This document shows, in pieces, positions 57,401-64,000 of a DNA stretch of 64,000 nt. The notes beneath the pieces are model-generated. The model did no database searches. It had not been told where the DNA came from and was given only the letters and a program-made list of their open reading frames with translations. The first letter of the stretch is position 1; the number at the start of each line of letters is the position of its first letter. Both the position numbers and the translations under genes were made by a program. Source of the stretch: Clostridia bacterium (GTDB lineage: Bacteria > Bacillota > Clostridia > Oscillospirales > CAG-272). The stretch is from NCBI GenBank assembly GCA_017464805.1, contig JAFTYE010000008.1, positions 57,261 through 121,260 of the forward strand, read 5' to 3'.

Positions 57401-60400
57401 TTCCCGGCGTTTTGCAGGGCAATAACGTATACAAGTGCACCCTGCCCGTTGTTCCCAAGGATCTGCCTGCCATGGAGGTCTCCTACAAGGCATACCAGAC
57501 TGTGGACGGCAAGGATACCGTCAACGCCGACCCGATCACCCTGTCCGCCTTTGACCTGCTTGCATTGTATGAGGCAAGCGAGGACGAAACGACCGCCCTG
57601 CTCGCCAAGACCGTTCGTTATTACAGCCTGGCGGCACGCGACTACTTCATCAACCAGAAGGTAACACTTTCGGACGACGTGAAGAACGCCCTGCGCGGCA
57701 GAGCAGATGCTTCTGCGGTCGGTACGAATGACACCGCCATCCTGACAATGGTCGATGCGTATAAGGCAGGCACGGCTTATCAACCGTATCCCGATGGCAC
57801 AGACGTAAGTGCCTTTGATTTCAAATTCAACGGTATCACGCTGAAGCTGGATAACACCCTTGGCTTCCTCTTCCGTACCAAGCGCACGGACGACACTCTG
57901 TTCGGCGAGCCCAGCCTGCGCCTGCGCGTCACGGATGCAAACGATAATGTTCGCTACTACGCGGATCCCGCTTCTCTCTTTGATGAGGAAGGCAAGGAAA
58001 TGCTCTACTTCGTGGGCAACCTTCCCGCTGCGGAATACGCAAGCGAGTTCTATTTCACGCTGGTGGACGGCAACGGCACGGCACAAAGTGCTACGCTGAC
58101 CTATAGTGCCTACGCTTACATCGCCCGTACTTTCAACACCGCAAGCGGTGACGACAGTGCCCTGCATTATCTACTTCGCGGCATTTATGCACTCGGCGAG
58201 GCAACCTCCGCGTATCTGGAGGTACACTCCCTCAGTTATGACGCGAACTACACGTTTGACATCGGCGACGGCGGTGACGCCCTGGTTTCGAACGACCCCG
58301 TTCTGAAGGAGGTCACCTACGATCCCTCCACCGCTACCGTTCTTTCCGCAAATGAATTCTTTAACACTGCACTGGAAAGTGGCAGCGTGTACAAGGTTAG
58401 CGACAACACCCTGACCCTGACCGACGCAGACGGCGGCAGCTACAACGCAAACGGTGCAATCCTCATCGCCTCGGGTGGTCTGATCATTGACGGCTGTCAG
58501 GACGTGACCGTATCCGACTTGGTCGTGGTCGGTCCCGTCATCATTCGCAATTCGAGCAACGTGATTCTGGAAAACTGCCAAATCCTGGCCCCCACCCAAA
58601 CGAGTGTATCGGTAGAGGCAACGGCAGAGAGCATCGTGCTCAACGCCTGCCGCATGATCGGTACGACCGCCGTGGCGAACGCCGCAGACGAGCTGACGGT
58701 CATGAACTCCTACCTCGGCTTCTCCGGGGACGGTGTGCGGGATACCGCATCGAACGGTACGACCGTACAGAACTGCCGCCTGGTCGGCACGGGCAGCGGC
58801 TCTGCCATCTACTCCACCGCTTCGGAATCCGCCTTCCGTTTTAATACCATCCTGCAGAAGCGCGTCACCTCCTCCGGCATCGTGCTGAAGGGAGACGGCA
58901 GTACGCTGAATGTGCTGGTTGCGCAGAACGTAATCTCCGGCACACGCAGCTCCATGAGCATCAGCGGCCTTCTCAACGCATCGGTCGTTCTGAATAGTGC
59001 CGTAACGATCGAAGCGAGCGACAATAAGAATCTTTACCTCTGTGACAACGCCATCGGCGGCAGACTGGTGCTGACAAGCAACAACTACCTGCTGGCAGAC
59101 GGCAACCGATTCCCCGACGACACGATGGATCACACCACCGTGTCCACGGATAACCAAAATACCAACGGCGACAGTCTTATGGACGTGAACGCCCGTGTGG
59201 ATGTTGGTGCGAACGAGGATCTGCTCCCGCACGTGGATAAGGATCTGTTCCTCGGCATGGAGCGCAAGGAAGCAGTCAAGGATGTCACCTCCGCTACCAA
59301 GCTGGATGTCTACAAGTACATCACTACCAACTCGCTGGCAAGCAACAGCCACTACATCGTGGTAGCACCCGGTGCTTATCTGCTGAAGGACAGCGACTAC
59401 AACAGCAAGAACGGTCTGGAGCTCACGACCTCCGGCAGCAACGGCGACCGCATTTACGCCTACGGTGTCTATGCGGAGCATGAATCCGGGCTCTATCGTC
59501 ACATCACCCTCTCCGATGTAGAGGATGTGACCATCAAGGGACTTTCCATCGGCTACGCCGCACAGTCGGTCGGCCAGGTACAGATCCTGGAAAAGATCGA
59601 CAACACGCACTTCCTGGCCGTAGCCCCTGCCGGCATGACGGCTGACCTTTTCGTGAATTCCACCAGCTCGACTTATCTGCACCGCACCGGCCGTGGCGAG
59701 GAATACATCTTCTGTGACCTCACAGGCTTCAGTGCTGTGGACAACGGTGACGGAACGGTCACCGTAACGGCATCGGCAACCTATGCAGAGCTACTCTCCG
59801 TAGGTGACACCCTCACCTGCCGCGCTACCGGCAAACAGACCGTAACCACTTCCCGCTGCGCGGATATCCTGTACCAGGATATGACCGTGTTCGGCAACTC
59901 CGGCGGTCTTTGCTTCGTGGAAAGCGATAATACGGGCTACGTTACCTATCATCGCATTCTGGACACCAACCGCAACGGCAGAGTCATCGATCAGGCAACC
60001 TACGATGCCTACGAGGCTCTGGAAGCCGAGTATGGCGTGGACCTTGACATCCACGTGGATGAGGCAGGCCGCCTGCGCGGTGCCAAGCAGCTGGTTGGCT
60101 CGGTAGACGCTACCCACGTCATCTCCTGCGCTTACGGCTCGCAGATCATCTCCTGTATCTTCGAGAACATGTGCGACGATGGCACCAACCAGAAGTCCAC
60201 CCACGGCCGTCTAGCTTCGGTGACCGACAACGGTGACGGCACGACCACCCTTGTATACAAGAGCTCCATTTCCATGCGCAACGTGGCCGCAAACTACACC
60301 TCCACCGGCATCTGCCCCGACTTTGAGATCGGCGACCGCGTATTCATCTACACAGCGGCAGGGCAGCGTGTATGCGACACGCCGGCACTTTCCGCAACGG

Positions 60401-63400
60401 TAGAGATCGACTCCTACAAGTCTACGTATCGAGATGTGGAGCGCACCATCGTCAGAAAGTCCGTTACGGTCAAGACCGATGACGTGAACTTCGACGCTCT
60501 TACGGGCTACGACCTCACCATCGACACGGCAGAGGATGAGCACAAGGTACTAATCGACAACCGCACAAGAACCTCGAACAGCTTCCGCATTGAGAACACC
60601 GTGATTGACGGAACCCGCTCGCGCGGACTTCTCATCAAGTCCTCGAACGGCGTGATCCGCAACTGTACGCTCCGCAACATTGCCAAGGTCGGTATCGCGG
60701 TGCTGTACGAGATCTACTGGGGCGAATCGGGCGTTTCCGAGAACATTCTCATTGAGAACAACCTCTTCGATAACGTCAGCTATAATCCTCATTCCAAGGA
60801 AACGGATAACTACCAGCACTACCCGATCTACATCGCGGGTCTGGGCGGCGGCACGCTGCAGGAAGACTACCTGTTGTACACGGACATCACCGTGCGCGGC
60901 AACGTGATCCGAAACCGTCATTCCGACCACGCGGTATACGTTCGTGCAGCCAAGAACCTTGCGTTCTACAACAACGATTTCGGCAATGCTCTGACCGAGA
61001 CTGCCGACGACCCAAAGGCCACCTTCAAGTTCAACGGTGCCCTGAATGTCGAGCTTTCGGGCAACACCTACTCATCCTATCTGACCGACATTCAGCAGGC
61101 ATATTACGGTCCTGCGTATGACAACATCTACGGTCTTGACGTTTCCAAATACCCCTATCACGATGAGAACAATAATCTGTTCATTCGTTATCAGGATACC
61201 TACACCTTCCCCGTGGCGATCGAGGCGATCGAGAACGCGGCAATCACCAGTAAGGTGACCGGAACCGATACGATGGATGCCAATCTTCTGGTTCTCCAAG
61301 AGGATGGCAAGTCCGTCTATGCGGATGGCTGCGGTACCGCAACCATCCGTCTGGTGGACGGCCGCACGGTGAACATCACGATCGATCCTTCCGACATTTC
61401 CCTGTTCTTCGTAACGGGCCAGTCGAACGCATCGGCCGACCACAGCTTCACCAAAGAGAACAATCCCGAGGAATACGAAAAATATCACGACACCTACGCG
61501 GACTACTTCATCCGTACCGCGCCTACCATGGCCTACTTCACCTGGACGGGTCAGTCCCTGTCCCTGACAGGCACCTACAATCCCGAAAACTCCGTCACCG
61601 ACACCCTTGACTGGGACAACATGGGTAGCCAGGCCTTCGTTGACCCGAAGGTGTTCAGCATTCCCGTGGGCTCGACCACGTTCGGTAATGCCGGTTGGAG
61701 TGCCGCGCTGGCCCATGAATGGGTCGAGCAAACGGGTGAGCGCGTCTGGATCGTCAATGCCTCGCACGGCGGTCACGGCATTGCGGAATTCGCACCCAGC
61801 GAGGATGGAACACCCGTGGATAACGACTACTATCAGGCGGTGGCGGTCTTCAACGAGGCTCTTGAAACGCTGTACGCTGAGGTCGATGCCGGCCACTTTA
61901 CGCTCAACCACATGGCCTACTATTGGTTCCACGGCTGTGCAGACTATCAGCAGACCGAGGAATACTACACCGAGGGCTTTGCCAAGATGCACACTGCCAT
62001 GCAGGCGGATGTGGTGTACAACCACGCCGGCGTTGAGAAGAAGCTGGAATACTGCGGCATCATGGACATCCGCTCCAAGCATGATAGCTCGGGCAACTCC
62101 TACGCTGAGAAATATCTGACGGGACCGCGTCTGTCCCACTATCAGGCGGCAGGTGCCACGGACGGCGTGTTCGAAAACGTCTTTATCGCCTCCAACGTCA
62201 CCCAGAGATGGCTTGGCGATGACCAGAATGTCGTGGACTACTTCCTGGAGACCTACGGCTCCGTGGAGAACTTCAAGGCGATCTTCGGCTACGACATGCC
62301 TACCACCCGTTGGGAGCTACACCCGAACGTACACTACCTGATGATGGGTCACAACGAAATGGGTATGGACTGCGCCCGCAACACCCTGCGCATCATCAAC
62401 GCACTTGGCACGGGCAAGACCTACGTTCACGACTACGTGGATAACTCGTCCATCAGCATCACGCTGGTCGGCCGCGACGGTCACACCCCCATCACCGATA
62501 CCATCAAGCTGCAGGAGAACAACGGCAACACCTTACTCCTGCCTCTGATAACGCCCACCTGGCGCACCATGGACGGCGTTTCGCTGGTATCCGAAACCGC
62601 AGGCTTTACCTTCGTGGGCTATGAGCTGTACGCCACCGACACGACCAAGTCCCAGATCACCTTCTCGGTCTACGTAGGCGAAACGAATGTTCAAACCTAC
62701 ACCATGGCAATCGAGTGGGTATCTTCCTTCACGCAAAACGCACCGCTTTACACCTATGAGAACGGAAGCTACACACTGACCGGCATGCAGAGTCCCTGGT
62801 CGGTTGGTTATGTGAATCTTTCGGATAAGAGCTTTACGCCGTACAGTGCCATTTCCACGAGCGGTTGGATCGGCATCAACACGAACTCGCACAGTCAATA
62901 CGGCTCCTTCACCGTTGGCTCCTGGAATGCCTCGATGCAGCCGAGCATGCTGGGCGCAGCCACGTTCTGTTACACGGCCACCAAGGATGGTAGCATTGCC
63001 ATCTCTGCCGAGAAGTTCGATGCAGCGACCTATTCGGGCGGTGTGGGCACCTTCCTGGCTGTGATGGTCAACGGCAACATTGTCTGGCCGACGAGTGCCT
63101 CCTCCTATTCCCTACCCACCTCCACCGCCGACACGACCTGGCAGTATATGCCTGACTCCACCGACGGAACGGCAGAACTGAATGCCCTGTGGGCCGATGT
63201 TCGCCTAACGGTTAACAAAGATGATCTGGTACAATTCTGTCTGATCAGTGATACCGACCGTTCGATCACGGGCGGTGAGACCAAGACCAACTCCCAACCG
63301 ATTCTGCACCCTGTCGTTACCTACGTGGAATCCTCTTCCTTCACGCACTTTACGCCCGTGGTCAACGAGGATAACACGGCCACGATGCGGGCACCCTGGT

Positions 63401-63945
63401 CAATGGGGTATCTATCCATCAGTAGCGGCAATTTCACCCCGTACACCAAGGTAGTGAACGGATGGCTGACCGCCAACGATTCCGCACACAGTACTTACGG
63501 CTCCTTCTGGACGAATGGGTGGAGGGCATCTATGCAGAGCAACATGGTCGCCGCCAACACCATCTGCTACACTGCCGAGAAAGCAGGCACGTTGAGCATC
63601 TCTGCTGAAAAATTTGACGCAGCGATCACTAGCGGTGCAGCGGGAACCTTCCTCGCTGTGATGGTCAACGGCGTGCGCGTTTGGCCGACAAGCGGAAGCG
63701 TACCCTACTCCCTGCCTACCACGACCACGAGCACGGATTGGCAGTTCATCACCGGTACCACCACCGATTCTACTGATGAGACAGCGACGCTGAATGCCCT
63801 GTGGGCAGATGTTCGTCTGACGGTCAATAAAAACGACCTGGTACAGTTCTGTCTGATCAGTGACACCGATCGTTCGATCACGGGTGGCTCGACCAAGACC
63901 AACAGCCAGCCGATCCTGCTTCCTGGCGTGACCTACGTGGATTAA
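54439..63945 (+). CDS. Giant secreted multimodular protein (3168 aa) with GH110-like beta-helix, SASA esterase and repeated unknown domains
   Basis: AAGGAG RBS, signal peptide MKKRILSFILALSTILLAIP..MAA, uninterrupted ORF; DATH..FENMCDD, RSRGLLIK, GQSNAS motifs. Confidence 0.9.
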   Translation: MKKRILSFILALSTILLAIPATVFPVMAAESAESDPIVLSSTIFAPNQEGTWPIFDEYDTTAMNTNDYVGVTYRGGWQIGYKHASGNSSNFTPYEKLIKATGKLGEDGEMILTADTGYWTQWGGLYIKSTASANLMFSGVDLDEATGYLEANVAANATVRYTAKETGTIRVKVNELYFYSDSATYFAVYHNGVRVHDPIMAVNAKSQIVNGAFVSKTASNNASLFTTVTLDVQKGDSIDFVSHANPDFNASNLEELGLTQFTKTEYVRSKRGLSDYEFQIDYIAEKTSYSTRFSPDEESTFPVFEGYSVAAMENGDSVGVTYPGAWQIGYRDPNGETANFTAYDKLYKVNSSGQMILSAGSSYWSDYGGVYITGVPTLMFSGMSYTDDYTSVTSHNADPVIRYTAEYTGMALIRLNELYFYANNAAYLEILHNGVPLTDPYLSTDAQYRVQDGAYTSAGAANKGADLGTLVLELTEGDTIDFVSRANDDFNASNIESLGLTKFDGTEYDYAKRGMLDFDFEIVYRSEKDGGKAENFAGTTDTTLPEPLFVWYDASGTMLEDSDIREAAGNFPDTSGSTDIVFSSLVSLFDWLYRTGGSYAEINPTLIANGTISETDNYANILAKYKTYLASFTSLSFPSGWKAGVRAGSSFTAFDRLCFFSDSNLFAVGQAGGIASALVDYSYNGNLFVTSAQFTAALDAFIANAASITPSGTAASDLRLEYDGIPEGMTLPTQGTDPLAAVGAAMKHQGGNLFLCPSANGGIASYAYTVPSGYDRPILSLTANAVRFDGDASAFHYAIAVNGEVVWPVGATMSSAMADHDSMTGWQLCTSAEDLTSTLASLHFEVESGDVVELCVARAYEGGAEIGDVCVGMDLTATTDNYHDVNVLDIIRSGKYLHRGVYEFGSTVTLADLNLPDTFGANGVYINNTSLSEELPTSLTMYRNYRITDMVLQSSASVSITSAFAVNIYVQAQSSATAAGVVIDGEKVPGVLQGNNVYKCTLPVVPKDLPAMEVSYKAYQTVDGKDTVNADPITLSAFDLLALYEASEDETTALLAKTVRYYSLAARDYFINQKVTLSDDVKNALRGRADASAVGTNDTAILTMVDAYKAGTAYQPYPDGTDVSAFDFKFNGITLKLDNTLGFLFRTKRTDDTLFGEPSLRLRVTDANDNVRYYADPASLFDEEGKEMLYFVGNLPAAEYASEFYFTLVDGNGTAQSATLTYSAYAYIARTFNTASGDDSALHYLLRGIYALGEATSAYLEVHSLSYDANYTFDIGDGGDALVSNDPVLKEVTYDPSTATVLSANEFFNTALESGSVYKVSDNTLTLTDADGGSYNANGAILIASGGLIIDGCQDVTVSDLVVVGPVIIRNSSNVILENCQILAPTQTSVSVEATAESIVLNACRMIGTTAVANAADELTVMNSYLGFSGDGVRDTASNGTTVQNCRLVGTGSGSAIYSTASESAFRFNTILQKRVTSSGIVLKGDGSTLNVLVAQNVISGTRSSMSISGLLNASVVLNSAVTIEASDNKNLYLCDNAIGGRLVLTSNNYLLADGNRFPDDTMDHTTVSTDNQNTNGDSLMDVNARVDVGANEDLLPHVDKDLFLGMERKEAVKDVTSATKLDVYKYITTNSLASNSHYIVVAPGAYLLKDSDYNSKNGLELTTSGSNGDRIYAYGVYAEHESGLYRHITLSDVEDVTIKGLSIGYAAQSVGQVQILEKIDNTHFLAVAPAGMTADLFVNSTSSTYLHRTGRGEEYIFCDLTGFSAVDNGDGTVTVTASATYAELLSVGDTLTCRATGKQTVTTSRCADILYQDMTVFGNSGGLCFVESDNTGYVTYHRILDTNRNGRVIDQATYDAYEALEAEYGVDLDIHVDEAGRLRGAKQLVGSVDATHVISCAYGSQIISCIFENMCDDGTNQKSTHGRLASVTDNGDGTTTLVYKSSISMRNVAANYTSTGICPDFEIGDRVFIYTAAGQRVCDTPALSATVEIDSYKSTYRDVERTIVRKSVTVKTDDVNFDALTGYDLTIDTAEDEHKVLIDNRTRTSNSFRIENTVIDGTRSRGLLIKSSNGVIRNCTLRNIAKVGIAVLYEIYWGESGVSENILIENNLFDNVSYNPHSKETDNYQHYPIYIAGLGGGTLQEDYLLYTDITVRGNVIRNRHSDHAVYVRAAKNLAFYNNDFGNALTETADDPKATFKFNGALNVELSGNTYSSYLTDIQQAYYGPAYDNIYGLDVSKYPYHDENNNLFIRYQDTYTFPVAIEAIENAAITSKVTGTDTMDANLLVLQEDGKSVYADGCGTATIRLVDGRTVNITIDPSDISLFFVTGQSNASADHSFTKENNPEEYEKYHDTYADYFIRTAPTMAYFTWTGQSLSLTGTYNPENSVTDTLDWDNMGSQAFVDPKVFSIPVGSTTFGNAGWSAALAHEWVEQTGERVWIVNASHGGHGIAEFAPSEDGTPVDNDYYQAVAVFNEALETLYAEVDAGHFTLNHMAYYWFHGCADYQQTEEYYTEGFAKMHTAMQADVVYNHAGVEKKLEYCGIMDIRSKHDSSGNSYAEKYLTGPRLSHYQAAGATDGVFENVFIASNVTQRWLGDDQNVVDYFLETYGSVENFKAIFGYDMPTTRWELHPNVHYLMMGHNEMGMDCARNTLRIINALGTGKTYVHDYVDNSSISITLVGRDGHTPITDTIKLQENNGNTLLLPLITPTWRTMDGVSLVSETAGFTFVGYELYATDTTKSQITFSVYVGETNVQTYTMAIEWVSSFTQNAPLYTYENGSYTLTGMQSPWSVGYVNLSDKSFTPYSAISTSGWIGINTNSHSQYGSFTVGSWNASMQPSMLGAATFCYTATKDGSIAISAEKFDAATYSGGVGTFLAVMVNGNIVWPTSASSYSLPTSTADTTWQYMPDSTDGTAELNALWADVRLTVNKDDLVQFCLISDTDRSITGGETKTNSQPILHPVVTYVESSSFTHFTPVVNEDNTATMRAPWSMGYLSISSGNFTPYTKVVNGWLTANDSAHSTYGSFWTNGWRASMQSNMVAANTICYTAEKAGTLSISAEKFDAAITSGAAGTFLAVMVNGVRVWPTSGSVPYSLPTTTTSTDWQFITGTTTDSTDETATLNALWADVRLTVNKNDLVQFCLISDTDRSITGGSTKTNSQPILLPGVTYVD

Positions 63946-63959
63946 AGCAACCAAAAAAA

Positions 63960-63988
63960 GATCCGCAGGGGAATATCCCCTGCGGATC
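63960..63988. terminator. Terminator hairpin after the giant gene
   Basis: GATCCGCAGGGG-AATAT-CCCCTGCGGATC preceded by an A tract (T tract on the minus strand). Confidence 0.75.
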
Positions 63989-64000
63989 ACAAACAAAAAA

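Noticed and set aside
62720-63942. Possible DGR template/variable repeat pair
   Set aside because: Both copies are in-frame coding, differences are synonymous rather than adenine-specific, and there is no reverse transcriptase in the window.

Overview
Chromosomal window from a high-GC Bacillota/Clostridia-type bacterium, judged from T-box leaders, the yybS-gdpP-rplI-dnaB-tilS-ftsH gene order and sigma-A promoters. Most of it is housekeeping: lnt, rlmD, obgE, der, valS, thiI, ftsH, tilS, dnaB, rplI, gdpP, recG, rarA, comEC, cysE. Five features stand out. (1) A low-GC islet at the 3' end of rlmD, where a small standalone GIY-YIG nuclease gene lies between a cluster of branched GTCATCCTGAGCG...GGATCT palindromes (rich in GC-GNA-GC mini-hairpins) and a GTAG-type REP doublet. 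(2) A Phe-specifier T-box controlling an ABC importer whose substrate-binding lipoprotein appears naturally circularly permuted. (3) A kinase-less amino-sugar catabolic cluster: three Gfo/Idh/MocA oxidoreductases, an enolase-superfamily enzyme, a TIM-barrel isomerase, and NagA/NagB homologues with altered phosphate-binding motifs. (4) A 3168-aa secreted protein with five copies of an unnamed domain, a GH110-like beta-helix and a SASA esterase. (5) An unnamed ~290-aa module present both inside that giant protein and as a standalone secreted protein about 32 kb away. No rRNA, tRNA, CRISPR array, integrase or transposase was seen. All family calls come from motif recognition by eye; no database search was run.
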